A program made the position numbers and the translations under genes. A model generated the notes under the pieces. It had not been told where the DNA came from, did no database searches, and was given only the letters and a program-made list of their open reading frames with translations. From Trichosphaerium sp. ATCC 40318 (taxonomy: Eukaryota; Protista; Tubulinea): DNA of 64,000 nucleotides. The stretch spans positions 62,001 through 126,000 of the forward strand of contig JALMLS010000414.1 of assembly GCA_038496445.1 (NCBI GenBank), read 5' to 3'. Position 1 is the first letter of the stretch. Every line of letters begins with the position of its first letter. Below are positions 1 to 14,143 of the stretch, one piece after another.

Positions 1-2334
1 AAACGTGATGTCATAAAAAGTCTCGGAATTCCCCAAAAAAAAAAAGGCGGTACCGCGTGTCATTAAGTGCCATTCAACATATTCATTACCAGCAAAATAC
101 TCCCAGAATCCTTTAGCAACACTATACCAGCTCTTACCGCCATCTTTTGTTCTCCAAATACCTCCAATATCTTTAACAAGAAAGTCGTTTGGATTATTCA
201 ATGAACCAACACAATCAATAAAGTTCCATCCTTTCATTGTCTGGTTCATAGGTTCCTCAGACTGAAATAATCGTTCCCATGTCTAGAAAATATCGTTTAG
301 AATACAATAGTAGCAAACAAGAAAAGATAAATAAGCAAACCTCTCCAGCGTCATGTGAAGTTGCAAGCCATCCTTCACCATACAAGACATTTCCAATAAC
401 AACATAAGTGTCATTCCAAAACATTGCTCTATGAGCTTCTCCTAGTCCATACCTTCATAGGAATTAAACAACATCAGCTACAGTACAAAGAACACAGCTA
501 TAGGGCCGGAAAGTGCAATATGGTGATGAGAGAACGTACAACAAAGGCGGATTTGTTAATTGTCTTCTCATATTTATATCAATCTTTTCTTTCGTTCCAA
601 AAAACCCTGCTAAATCCATAGACCCAAAATAAGCCAAATCACGATTAGGATGAAAATCTACCGTGAACATAACAACCTTAATATTGTAGATGAGAATGAG
701 ATACAGAAAAAAAATAATACCTCGCCAACTCCGTTGGTCAAAAATTGCCATGTGTTGCCTTCGTCTGTACTCTCCATTGGTCCAAATCCGGTTCCCATAA
801 TCCAATGGTTTGGATTTTTTGGATCTTGTACCTCAAAGAAACAAGTTAACAAGTCAATGCAAGCACCAGAACTGTAAGTAAAACACAACTGAATAGACAA
901 GAACAAAAGTGTTTGTCATCAGTTACTGGTAGCACGATGTCATCCACAGTATGTTTAAATAGACTCACCATTGTATTTCTACCAAATGGTGGCGTTGTTT
1001 CAGTTGGCTGACGCCATATTGGCTCAGTTCCTGTGACATCCATCTTAGAGTATGTGTAAGTTTCGCCTTTGTCATTTGAAACGCCAAGAGAGTTTTCTCT
1101 GCATCAACAGTCGTTACCTTAACTTAGTATACATATGTACTTAAAGCATACCCATTCGCTGTAGCATATACCAAAGACCCATTGTTCAAAAAAGTTAACA
1201 TGGATGGACCACCATTGGAATGTTTGAAATTCTTCGATATTTCTTCGTATTGATAAGTTGCTACAGAAAAAGAGTTAAGTTACTTGACATCCGAATCAGT
1301 AGCAAGTTTAAACGTACAAATATCTCCCCAATTACTTGAAGTTACTCGGTAGTAACAAGGGTTAGTTTTTGATCCATCCTTAATGGACCCAATAAAGAAA
1401 GTCGTTCCATCTTCCATTCTTATAATTCTTCGTACACTCGCCAGCTCAACGCCACCTCCAACGTCCAATACTGACCATGAATCACCGTTATCAATTGATA
1501 AAAATAGAGCAGGCATGTATCCGCCTACCCAAATATGACCAGAGAACTTAGGATTGGCATGCACATGCACAGAACCGATTGCAGTAATGTTACTAAAAGT
1601 TTTAGGTGAAATCGCTTTCCATGTACTTCCAGCGTCAGTGGACTTGTACAAACCATCTCTAGAACCAGCCCATATATTCTTATTATTGTTTGGGTCTATA
1701 ATTATACATTCACCTCCAGTTCTAACCTTGTCATTGCCTAAAACAGGTTTTAATTTTAAACCTTAAATAAAACAAGTACCCGCAAAGCTTGCCGCTAGTA
1801 CGCGCGTGAAAGACTTTCCACCATCTGTGGTTTTCCATACACCTTGACCTTTATCTGTTGCACTTTTATACTCCCCTAGAGCAAAGTATGCCTAAAATAA
1901 CGCTGTCAAAATAAACAAACTTAAAATGAAAAAAAAGTTCCAAAAACTTTTCAAAACAAAAAAAAACCGATTAGAGACTCCCGTTGGTGTACCGTATCTG
2001 GGTCCTCTGGGTCAATAGCTATACCTTGCGTATTCCAAGAGCTACCGTATGTAAAGAAAGAAGACAACCAAACCCAACTCTTTCCCATATCGTCAGATCT
2101 GTACGCACCGCCTTATCGAAAAATCACGTGAGAGATGTTTTTTGAACGGTTTTGTAAAAAATTTTCTTTATTCGCTAGCGCACCAACATCAGTTCGTCCA
2201 TATAAACGACCACTAGGATGTACATGAACACCAGTAAACCATCCACCACCCGAGAAATTCATCCATGACCATGTGCCGTCAGAATACGCCAAAAGGCTCA
2301 AAAAAAGGCAAAAAACGACTATGCCTAGTACCAT
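1..2334 (-). CDS. Secreted GH74 xyloglucanase-like / BNR-repeat beta-propeller protein (multi-exon, 3' end beyond left edge)
   Basis: Signal peptide, then GGGWFTGVHVHPSGRLYGRTDVG|GAYRSDD, matching the GH74 N-terminal motif with Asp in RTDVGG. Repeated Asp-box motifs (STDAGSTW, SIDNGDSW, STDEGNTW). GT-AG introns. Confidence 0.8.
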
Positions 2335-2742
2335 TTAGCATAAAAAAAAAGTGGTAGAGCTCTTGCCTTTATTACCCATTTTGTTGTAATATTAAAAAGT
2401 CGAAAATGGTAAGCACAATAAAAAAAATTTTGGCATTAAAAGAGGAGACTCAAAGAAAAACAAAAAACCCTGTTTTGAACACACGTGGTTTGAAAAAAAA
2501 AAAGTACGTTTGGTGCTCTGAAGGCTAAAGACAGTTTCTATATATTTGTCACTACGTTAGTAATAAGGATGTTGTAGCCTTTGAGGTGAGGTGCCAAAGA
2601 AGAGATGTTGGTTTTGATAAATGTACATTTATTTCGAATTTTAAGCCTAAAACTTCTAGAACTCGTACAAGGCCAACTGTTGACACTCTCATGCTCATTG
2701 ATAGTAGATATATCATTCCAATAACAATATATAAGGTGTTGT

Positions 2743-3539
2743 TTACTGGAAAGGTCTGTATTGAGGCTGCCAAGCGTTTGGAAACTCCATGTTTGGATGC
2801 CAAACTCCCTTTCAAAATAATTAGAAAAAACAGCTTTGTATGGCTTTTAAATAGGTCATATGATGCTTGAAAACGTACTTGTATGCTAGGACGTTGTGTT
2901 ACATGACGTGTGGCCCATGTACGGTTCTTCTCACCCCATTGGTTCCTTAAGAAGTTGACGTAGTATTCTACTTGTTGTTCATCGAATTTACGTAAGCTTA
3001 CTGTCTTTTGGCGACCGTTTACTAACATTATCAGTTGGTTTTAGGCAAAAAAGAACGATTTCGTCTCGAAAAAAGTAATATACTGCCGTAATGCGCTATG
3101 TGATAGTTTGAAAACGATTTTAAGCGTCTTGGGCGGTTTGAAGCGTAGTGGAGAGTTTTTTCGTTATAGGTCATCGTACTGTAGTGTGCTTGCACATGAG
3201 GATGTTTGTTGGGCCTTGCGACAACTTCAATATCGATTTGAGGGTTTTTATCTTGCGAAATCATTAGAATATTTGAAACAAAGCGTAGCTCGTTGTGCGA
3301 GTGTTTTACTCCTATAATTAACAAAATAGAGCGGTTTACTTACTTTTAAAGTCAATCCACTTTTGTGACCTCAAAAAGTTCCTACACGCTCTTAATATAC
3401 GTACTCGTCAACTAGATACAAACCTTGCACCAACAGAACTACCACAGTTCTTACTGAATTGTAGAACTAGTTTCTGGCACTGCCATACACCCAATCTGCT
3501 CATACCTGTGCGTTTACAATTGAAGAATAAGCTTGACAT
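2743..3539 (-). CDS. MRPL43: Mitochondrial large-subunit ribosomal protein mL43 (5 exons; alternative start at 3503)
   Basis: Spliced product MSRLGVWQCQKLVLQFSKNCGSSVGARNFL...NPQIDIEVVARPNKHPHVQAHYINGRQKTVSLR...RPSIQGVW matches the L43/Mrpl51 family pattern. Confidence 0.88.
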
Positions 3540-3727
3540 TGTTACGCCAACACAATACGGCAAGAAATGTACGACAAGTCATAACAGCACCATCCATGCG
3601 ATAATATGCTTTAATTAATGTTACATGCATAAAACACCGTAGAAATCATAAAAAAGTTTATTTGGTCTACGGTAAAGCAAATAACAGCAGGTACAGTTCA
3701 TTCTGTAAATCTCTTTCGGCGTTTTCT

Positions 3728-6700
3728 TCATACACCAACGTTTTCGCTCTCTTCACCATTTTCTTCATTTGCGCCCTCAGCTACGGTCTCTTCGCTCGTA
3801 GCACCGCTAATATCTTCGGCATTTTCCTCATTTACACCAACGGCTTCATTTTCTTCATTTGCACTCTCAGCTTTGGTCTCTTCATTTATCTCATCTTTTT
3901 CATCTTCAGCGCTTGGTTCTGGTTCTGCTTTTGCTGGACTGTTTCTTTTCTTTCGCGGCACATACGATGGTCTTGAGGAACGTTCGTAAGAGTATTTCTG
4001 TAACAAAAAAAAGAAGGGTTAAAAAAGTAAGAAAAAAAAAACCACAAAGGTTGGTTGTTCAACTATACCTTCTTGTAGACTTGTTTTAAAGGTTTTGAGC
4101 GTGTTGACTTTGTTGTTGTTCCTATTTTCATGGTTTGTATTTGTCCCACAGCGTCTGTTAATTCTTCAATCGCTTTGTTTATTGCCTTTAATTCCTCCTT
4201 TAATTTGCCATGGTTTTCTTTAACTTTAGTGCTTAGGTTTAGCTTCGCCAAAGCATTGTTGCATGAGATTATTATGTTTGTATCCTAAGGTATCTATAAA
4301 TACAAGCAGTAACATTAAGAAAAAAGGAAAGCATTATACCTTAATGTAACCCCAGAAAGATCCTTGGAATCGAGCCATAATTGTATTAATAAATCGAGGA
4401 AGAAACGCGGAGTAAATAACACAAGCGAACCCAAAAGCTTGAGTGTTTCTTTTAGAACTATGGCAAGGTGATATTGTCATGATACTGTTTTCTTCATCGT
4501 GGTCTTTAGCTTGATCTTGTGGACCAAGTTTTTTTATCACGTGTTTGAGTAGTTTTTCTCCTGGACCATGAAGAGTAAGAACATCTCTTCCAAGTTCTAT
4601 TCCCTTCTTAAAAAGTGTTTGTTTCTCCTTGGGTTTTTCACCTGGAACTCGAGCATCTTCATATTTTTCTTTGTTGTGTTTGTACACAGATTTAAGTCCT
4701 TCTGACGCTGGTGAAGCTTTTCCAAATGGAAAGAGCTTAATTATTTCGACGTCTATATCTTCATTGACAGCTTGATACACCCTCGAAGTTGAAGTCAGCC
4801 CGCAGAATTAAATTACAGTACGCACTCTTCTGCTTTTTGCTTATACTTGAACATAAACTCTCTCATAACTGCTGTTTTTGCAGTTTCTGGGTTTATGAGT
4901 TTAAATAGTATGTCGTTATCAGCATCACGAAGCATAAGTAACCATGCGTTTTCAAACATACGTTCAACAATCCACACTTAAAAATAAAACTATGTCAACA
5001 ATACAAAATATAGCAACAAAATTCGTACAACTCCTGTGTTTCCAGTGTTCTACTGCCGCTTTGAGATAGTTTACATACACCTCAGCTAGCCTTTTAGCGC
5101 GCACAACGGAATTCTCATATGAAAGTTCACTAGAGAAACCATGAAGACTCGCAAGAACTGTCCTATCCTTGACTGGATCTGGTTGAACAAACTCATAAAA
5201 CATGAATGCTTCGTCCGTTTGAGCCCGTTTGTATATATCTCCTGATACTAGCTGTACATCAGCGAACTCAATATCAGGAGTACTATACTCTTCAGTCAGA
5301 AATCTCCACCATTTCTCTGTAACAAAGTCAACAAAATAAGGGAACTTAAATTAGCTCACGTTTGTTGGCTTCATGAATTCGGTATTTGTTTGAGTATCCA
5401 GTTTTTATTGTGGATGGGCTTTCGCCGTTAAGTATGCCCATATAGGTTTCCTACATCATACGTGAGTAGAAAATCTTTTGAAAGATTGAATACTTGAAAG
5501 AACGCACTTGAAACGCTTCGTGTTCCTCAGCTAATGTGTAACCATACTCTTCGAAAACTTCCATGTTGTCACACAGCGTTTGTAAGTCATGGCTATCATC
5601 TGTAAGCATGATACCTCTCATCTATATGTATATTAAGTAATTGAATATGAATAGAGCGCATACCTTTTGAATGAAAGCTTGAGGAAAGCTTTGAAGTTGT
5701 AACGTTGTATGTTCACTATTCTCAATATTTTCTTTAAGAGTATGACTCTTGAACTTCAATTCTGTTATCTTTTGTTCAAAAATAGATTGCACAGTTGATA
5801 GTTTTTTCAAATCACGTGATATTAAAGTTGCGTTTAAGTGTGCTTCAAGTGTTGAGAATGACATGAAGTCTGTCAAAAGCTAAAAAACATTAGTACCAAG
5901 AACAAACATCCCTCTCAGTAAAGAAACTCGTACTTGTTTATCAGTCGGTGAAAGATCATTACCAGTTTTAGTGGCTTCTTCGTTAGCTTTAGCAACCCAC
6001 TCAGCAATACTTTGTTTTTCGATATCATCAGCCATACTGTAATACTCTTCTATGTCATCGAATGACATAGTATCCCTGAAAAGAAAAAGTTAGAAGAATC
6101 ATTCGCACATTTGTTTTTCACCTTGATACTACTGTGCCATCTGGAGCAAGTTTTACAGATGAACCAACAAGCAATGGCGGTTGAATGTTGACTGCAAATA
6201 AGTGATACCAGTCGATAAGATCCTTCCATGTGTGATGAGTTTTAAAAAGATTATCGCTCTTGTTGAGCACAGGAATGATTCTATCATCAATGTTCTGATC
6301 TGACAAAACATCTAAAGGGTATGTATTTGAGCACAAAAACCAATGTAGTCACTTGTTACCTTGTAGTGCACGTTTTAATAAGTTTGTTTGGTATTCTGAT
6401 TCATCACCCATTGCGATAATAAACGTGTTTTTATTCTTTAGTTCTGCACGCAAAACCTACAACGCGATATGTAAAATTATCATTATTAATCAAACTGGTA
6501 CCCCTTCAATTGTGTCTTTCTCTTCACCTTGTAGTTGGTATCCCATCAAGTCTACGAATCTTTTAGGTTGTATGTTAGGTCCCCTGATATTAAGGAATAT
6601 CTTGAGAGGCGCTAGTATTGGTTAGTGACTGTTAGCACGTGGTTCGAAGAACCGTACAAACTCCAGCAATATCATTCATGTCTTCGATAGTTTGACGCAC

Positions 6701-7232
6701 ATCTTCTTTATCACATGCTTTTGCAGGTGTTTTATCACCGCTTGGAGTCTCTTCCCATATCATTATCCTAAAGTTACTGTCTCTTTCCATAATCACAACC
6801 TAGGAAGCAGTTAAAATGATTGATGGTCCAGAAGGTAAACCATACAAGTGGCCTTTTTGTTGCTATGCCGGTGTTGATGTGAGTAATCGGAAACCCAATT
6901 AAACGTTCTAGAGTTGAAGACTTGCCCGCTGTTTGAGCACCAAACAACACAAGGTTTGTGAGAGGGAACTATAACAGTACAAGTTAGATCAAAAACGCCT
7001 CTTGGTCTAAACTGAACAGTTTGTTCTTACCTCTGATATTCCATAACGTTCAGTTAGTCTCCAAAGCTTACTTAAGAATGATGTAAAGTCATCTTGCTCT
7101 TCTTTAGACAACGTGATGCTAGCATAACCTACAAACAAGTTACAACGTTGAGTGAGTTTAGATTTTTTTTTTGGGCTAACGTTGTCGTATTGGTATCTGT
7201 GCATTGTATATATCCTTGATTTTACTAAGCAT
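3728..7232 (-). CDS. Dynamin-superfamily GTPase with acidic C-terminal tail (multi-exon; start uncertain)
   Basis: G1 LVLFGAQTAGKSS, G2 TGIATKRPL, G3 LNIRGPNIQPKRFVDLMG, G4 VLNKSD. Helical stalk/coiled-coil exons. Last exon is ORF 3728-4006. Confidence 0.85.
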
Positions 7233-8932
7233 ATCTCTCAAGGCTATTTTAACTTGGGAGAGATTCAGCGTTTTAAAAAGTAGGAACTCAATGCACAGTT
7301 CCTCGTCAGGAACACGCTTTAAGCCAGTCTGTCTTAAAGCACATGTTCCTGACTGTTTTTAACTGAACTCAAGTCAAGTTCATAAACACGCAGCTACGTT
7401 AGCGCTATATCTTGCGGGCGTAGGAAATCGAACAACGTGGAGACTTTACTTCCAGTTTTTTGAGAACAGTTCCCACGTAGTTTTGACGAAACGGCAAACT
7501 TGCAAGTGCGAGTTAACTACTTTAACCGTAAGTGATTAGCAGTTTTCGCCCTAAACCACACTAGTTCCTACAGGAACTGACTGTCTTATTCACTTAACTC
7601 ATTTTTTTTTCTCATGACTGAGAGATGGTGTTTTTTCAGCTCTTTTGCTGGCTATTATTCTCGCCACCTGCCATCCAGTGTACAAATTCCTGTTAGTTTA
7701 CCAGCTGGCGACAAACTAGGCCAGTGACTAGAACTCATTTCTTTGCGTCCAATTGGCCCTTGGTTCTTCAGTACTTTGATAGCACTGGTGCTGTGACAGT
7801 AGTGCGCCAATACCCAAATATAGCCACCAGAACTTGTTCATTAATGCCAGCACACAATGTTTTGTTTAGAACAATCACAATTGGTCTAGCAAATAGAACC
7901 TCTTGTGGGGTAAAAGTTCGAAAGAGACACTAGGAGTCAGATGAGTTTCGATCTTAACTTTCTGTTGCGATACCTCGTTTTGCTATAGAACCTACCACGC
8001 ATGTGTTGTAATTACGGGACATGATTTATTGCACTGTAAACTCAATAGAGAAGTCTAATTCTCTAATTTCGTGTAAAAAAAAGTCAAGTATTGTTACCCA
8101 TTTCCCTGACTGTTTTACTCAGAAACACCACCCACAGCGAAGAAAGCAACTCATGAAAAACCCACCCTTTAAACAATTCACTTCTAAAGACCACCACAAT
8201 AGTGAACTTACCTGTTGAGCTCATTTACGCTATTTTTAAAGAGGTAGGAACTGAATAAGTATTGTTGCTCTATGAAGCCTACACAAAGTATGTAACAATG
8301 TTTGAGGTAGTTACCAAATATAAACCAGAAGATTAATTGGTGATACTATGAGTGTTGAGTACATGTTTGAGTATTGCAATCAATACAACTTACAGAAACA
8401 AATCAAAAACAATTCAAACGTACTCATCACATCGCATTCAAAAACTAAACGTAAATTGATCCTCCGAAGACTGTGGCAAAGATCTCTACTACTCATGTGC
8501 TGCTTTGATACAGAACCACGTGATTTATTCAGTGAATTGCAAGGACGCGAAGATAAAGAAGGATTTAGCATTTATTACTCTTGAATGCAGGATCGACATG
8601 GCAGCGTTTGACAGCTTTCACACTGTGAGTACATCAAGGTATTGGTGTTGATCTTGTACATATAAGAGTATATGTTACAACAAGTGGCCGTTCTGTAGCT
8701 GTCTGGGATCCATAAAATATTAAAGGAAAATAAACCTATCATTGTTGTCCGCCTTCACCTTTTGACATCTTCAGATATTTATTTGTTCTTTGTTAGTTAT
8801 GTCCCAAATACTCTTAAACTGTTGTGTAGGAACTACGTATGGTATTAGTCACAGTAAATAGTGGACAACATTTCAGTGAATAACACAAATCATTTCGAAA
8901 CTCCATAGCAAAAAAAGTGATTCAAGCTCAGC

Positions 8933-10004
8933 ATGGAGTCCTTACCAAACGAATTATTGAAAGAAATTTATTGTTGCTTGCAAATGGAGTCTCTGACATT
9001 CATTGTATCGCTTAGAACGGTATCAAAACGTGTAAAGGACTGTATTAGCTATTCAAGGCATCTATGGCGACCGTGGATAACCGCATTGCCTAATGAAGCA
9101 CCTGACGGCAATATTTTGGATGTTTTACAACAAAAAGTGGTAATATGCTCGTATTCGCCTGAATTACAATTCAAAGGGTTCACTGGATACATAAAAAGCG
9201 CTAGTTTGCCTATTGGTACGGAAAAACGCTAACAACTGTATTTTATCACCGTTATGACTCTATTTACAGCTCAAGTTACGTGCAAGACACTCACGTCATT
9301 TGTGGATCCACAGACTGTATTGTGTCCAGAAGTGTATGAATTTTGTACAAGAGGAGAAGCGAACTCATGGGTACCTTTTTTTTTGGGGGTTTTTTTTGGT
9401 TTCGAAGAAAGTTCTTTTCATAACCCCAGATTCTACTTTTAAGAGCTCTTTGTTGTAAAGTAATTCAATGGGCTTTATGGGCCTTTCTTGATATCTGATA
9501 AAAGCCATAAAATCGTCACTGCAACAAGGAATTTTTCCTTTTTTTTTCTTGTCGTTGTTTTTTTGTAGTTGTTGGAATTCATGCTGTTAGGTAGCACTCA
9601 ATTTACGAACCATAAAGGTTAAACCTACACATTATACGTTAAGAAGCATGGAGAATCATGATGCACTTAGGAGTTGGAATTTGGAAGCATCAAATGATGG
9701 GGAAACGTGGGAAGTAATAAAAAGACACGTGAATGGTACAGTATTATTATCTTTTTTGTTTGTTGTTTTTTGTTACTGATGGATTGTTGAAGATGAGACG
9801 ATACCTGTTAATGATTTAGGAGTATATTGCTGGCCTATAGAAGGTTGTGAAAACTTCTACAGGATTTTTCGCATCATTATGACAGGGTTAAACGCAAATA
9901 ATTATACTTCAATTGAGTTGACTTATTTTAATGTTTATGGGTATGGTTTAAAAGGGTTTTCAGATTTAACAATGCCACCATCTGGTCCATGGAAGGTTGT
10001 TTAA
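8933..10004 (+). CDS. F-box protein with C-terminal F5/8 type C (discoidin / galactose-binding-like) domain
   Basis: MESLPNELLKEIYCCL...LRTVSKR F-box. Later exons give KPTHYTLRS...LRSWNLEASNDGETWEVIKRH...FYRIFRIIMTG. Confidence 0.8.
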
Positions 10005-10329
10005 TTGCAATAAATATAATGACCGCTATTTAATAATTTGCCCATCAACAATAGATTTTGTTTTTCTATATTCTTATTTTTTTCTTATTGCCTAATTTTG
10101 GTCGAAAGATCCGATAATACCGTACCTGTGCCAGTACAGATTGGTGTCTGACTCGCTCAGATATTATTACACCTACCAACAACAAACGTTTATCTTTTAT
10201 TATTTTTCTGCACGTGTTATCAAACCTACAAGAAATGGCACAAATAGATATTTTTTGACTCTGAACAGTAAAAAAAAACAATGTCCGTAAGGCAAGCTAC
10301 AATTCCTTGAATGTCAACTAAAGTGTTTA

Positions 10330-12881
10330 TTATTTTCGGATTATGACTATTTTTTTAGACTTTATGTGCTTTGATAGGAATGAAGCAATATCAGGATCTC
10401 CATCATCTGGAGATTCTGCTAAAGTAAGTGGTGTTATACCATGTATCTACAAAAAAAAAACTTGATCAGAATCCGAAATAACAAACAAACGAAAAGAGTT
10501 CAAGTTCTTTTTTCATAAACTTTTTGATCCTTGCCAGGGAAAAGTTGCTGTGGCTTGTTACCTCGATTATAGATGCTTTGTTATCTATAAGTAGTTTAAC
10601 ACATTCTAAACTACCACTTAGAACAGCCCAATGCAATGGTGTCCACCCAAGACGACCTAGTAAAAAAACACAAAAAAATTAGAACAAAAAAAGAAATGAA
10701 ACAAGTGTCGTAAGCTGACGTACCATCCAATCTATTAATATCTGCATGTTCTCGTACTATTAATCTAGCACTATCTCTACAACCTTTGAAGCAACATGCA
10801 TGGAGAGGAGGGAAGTTGTCATCAGAGACGTCTCCCTTTTTTGAGTTTTTGTTAACAGAGAACAATGCAGCAAATAGTTAAGCTCCAGAGTACCTTCTCA
10901 ACATCTATGCTACGCCTTACTAGAAATCTTATCATTTCTATTCGCTTTTTAGTATCATCTATTTTCTCAATCGCTACCATCAACGCTGTATTTCCTATTT
11001 ACAGTGCAGCTGTTAAACAAAAAGTTCAAAATACACTTTTGTATCACACATGGAAATAGTTAAAAAAATGGCATACCAAGTGGATCAACTGTATTAATAC
11101 CAGCTCCCATATCCAACATTGATTTAACCATATCAACGCTAGCAATACCATGTAAGTAATGAAGGAAAGTATCCATTTTTGAAAGAACGAGAGTTTACAG
11201 ATGATTCAAACAAACATTATGATTAACAGAAAACCAAAATGTAAAACCTCAGCCACAAGAATAGTTACAAGATTTTTAATATACTATCATATTAACCCAT
11301 AGCTTAATTGTTATTATGTGACCAACAACAAGGATTAAACAACACCAACAAATGAGACAAACACTTGAAATTTTCACTTTCAAAAAAATGTGGGGATGCG
11401 CACCTTCCTGATTCTACTGCAAAATGGAGTAGTGGCACAGATAAGAATGTACCATTAGCGTTAAATGTTCCGAAAGATCTTAAATCTTTCATATTCCCTT
11501 CCTTAATACTACGAAAGAATCTCTGCTCACCTACAAAAGTTAAGCCTGTTACCTCTTAATCGGTTTAATGAAGTTTTTGTTTGTGAATGAGAGTTTGAGT
11601 TGGAGGCGATCTAGGGTAGATGCGTACGCTTGACTTTAGTTGCCATGTTTGTGTTTCGTCCTGTGATACTGGACATTTGGCTTGGTTTTTGACTTTGACG
11701 CTTAACGTCTGATAACTCTTTACGAAGCCTCTCAATCTCAGCATCTCTTTGAGCTAGCATTGCTGATAGTGTATTAGAATCCTTTAAAGAGTCATCATCA
11801 CTATTTGTGGGCTTTGAGTCATTAGATGATACATCACTGTTCTTTGTGGACCTAGAGTCCTTTGTTGATTTATCACTGCCACCAAAAAATTTAGACTAAA
11901 CAAACAAACAAAAAGTTAGATATTTTGTCATAAAAAACTACAACACAAAAAGTTGTCAAAAGAGCTACAATTCAAAGAATATGACCAAGATTTGAAACAA
12001 ATCCTGGGTTGTCTTTTGCAATTAATACTCTTATTTTATTATCCATAATTTGATATTGTTAAGCACGTGTGTGATTTAAAAAAACATACTTTTGAAAAGT
12101 CGAAATGTAAAAAAAAAATAGCATCAAAATGTGAACTATATAGACTATGTTAACGTACTTTTTTCTTTTCTGTTTTCTTTTCAGATTTAACCTTTGATGG
12201 TGACAAGGCTATATTCGCTTCAGGAATATCGTCATTCTTCTCATTTATACTTTCAGTTTCATCCAAATCTTTTTCTTTTTCTTTAACTTGAGTGTTCCTT
12301 GCTGACTTGCTACGTTGTAATTCAAAGTATTCAAGCCATTTATTAAGTGTATCAACCCATTCTTCTGTCATTGTATCACTCTCAGTGCAAATAGAAAGCT
12401 AGAATTCGAAACAAAAGGTTACAACGAAAGTCACAAAAAAAAACGGACGAAAAAAGAAAAAAGCTTGTGCTACACGTTTTGGAATCTACACCTCATATCT
12501 GTTCATTTAAACATACCTCATATACTCTCTTCGGTGTATTTATGTTGAATTGGGTCATTGAAAGTTTTATTACCGCAGTCACCTTTATATTGGTTAAAAG
12601 TAGTACTCAATGCGTACTAACCTCTTGTAAGTTGATAAATCCAGCGAGTAAGCGTTCTTTGTTTGGATCTTTCTTAAAGTACTCTAAAACAGTGTAACGT
12701 TGCTTGAAATAGCGCTTATTCCACGGTTTCATTATTTTAACGGACTAGATATTGTCATAAGCTTATTTATAAGAATACAATCTACTTACTGCTTCTCCAC
12801 GCTTTTTAAGCCATCCTTCGAGCAATGGAGGCTATTAAACTATCAGAATCAATGTATACGGTACAAACGCACTTCATGCAT
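10330..12881 (-). CDS. PH-domain and ankyrin-repeat protein (multi-exon)
   Basis: PH domain: PLLEGWLKKRG...WNKRYF...GFINL...TPKRVYEL...EEWVDTL. Ankyrin motifs: PLLHFAVESG, PPLHACCFKGC, HGITPLTLA. Confidence 0.82.
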
Positions 12882-13237
12882 CTCTAGAGTTACAAACGAG
12901 GTTATAGAACAAGTAGCGCTTACTTCAAAGAGGTAGACAACTTGATGCACGTACGACTTAAAAGGCAATGTTTGAACATTCACAGAATGCATTCAGATCA
13001 AAAAAACGGTTTGAAGAGCTAGATTACATTGTTGCCTACAAAGTTCCATATGATGTTAAACTGATTCTTGCGTTTGTGCCTTAGACTTGTTTTAGTTCCG
13101 AAAATAACATATTTGACTGTTCCGGCCTCTCATCATTACCACGTGGACAATTAGTCACATTTTGAACAAGTCTCAACCTCTCTTTACTGTCTTTATTTCA
13201 TACTTCAAGTATTCAGCGTTAACCAAGCTTGTGTGCC

Positions 13238-13762
13238 ATGGTCAGCCTTCTATTACATCTACCGATGGAGCTCCAGCTCCAAATTATTGACACTGATTAT
13301 GAGGTTTATAAAAAGTGGCCTCTGCTGGCAAAACACACAGCGACAACAACCAGGTTTAACTATTGCTTGGAAAAACATGGGAGATGGCTAAAAATACAAA
13401 AATCGAATCAAGAACATAATGCTAGAGTACAGGTATCATGTTATTACATCTATGGCAAACTAGAAGGACAGTACAACAGGTATTTTGATGGAAAATTATG
13501 TGAGCAATGTAACTACATTAATGGTTACCGTGAAGGGGAGTGTAAGAATTGGCATGCTAATGGGCTATTGCATCAGATTAAAAATTATGTAAATGGTAGA
13601 GTAGAAGGAGAGTGCAAGAAGTGGTATGATAACGGTCAGCTGTGGGTCTTGTGTTACTACATCCATGACCAGCTAGAGGGAGATTTCAAGCTGTGGGCCA
13701 ACACTGGCGAGCTATGTGTACATAAAGTTTTTGACTATGGTAAGCAGGTCAGACTTGCATGA
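13238..13762 (+). CDS. Intronless F-box-like plus MORN-variant (YwqK-like) repeat protein
   Basis: LLHLPMELQLQII F-box-like start, then 4 repeats of Y-x-NG-x2-EG-x3-W-x2-NG-L. Confidence 0.8.
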   Translation: MVSLLLHLPMELQLQIIDTDYEVYKKWPLLAKHTATTTRFNYCLEKHGRWLKIQKSNQEHNARVQVSCYYIYGKLEGQYNRYFDGKLCEQCNYINGYREGECKNWHANGLLHQIKNYVNGRVEGECKKWYDNGQLWVLCYYIHDQLEGDFKLWANTGELCVHKVFDYGKQVRLA

Positions 13763-14143
13763 AGGCCAGAACCTTGAAGCAACGTAACAATTAAATAATG
13801 ACTTCGTGCTTGGAGTACAAAGCCCAGTGTAATCGTGGTATTCAGAGCCAATAGTCAGTACCAAATAAATGATAAGTATTGCAACATTACGCTAGTTTTT
13901 ATCACAATTGAGCTTATCATAGGTGCTGGCAACTATGACCCTGTTCGCTTACACTTGGAAATTAATTAAGGTAACAGTATATGTCTTTGATGGCATCTCT
14001 GTTTGGACGGTTGTATATCAACATAGCTACGTAAGTCGTGTTTACTAGTCTTAACATGGACTTGCAATAAGATTGAAAATCACGTGTCAATCTTGTTTTC
14101 AATTATTAAGGCACGCTGTTATTAAACGCTTCTTATCACATAC

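Noticed and set aside
4830-4970. Suspected frameshifts in the dynamin gene
   Set aside because: On re-reading, the exon is open (IVERMFENAWLLMLRDAD...REFMFKYK).
8200-8720. Coding-like stretch with ORF 8348-8584
   Set aside because: Multiple stops and no recognisable domain; possibly a decayed gene, but unsupported.
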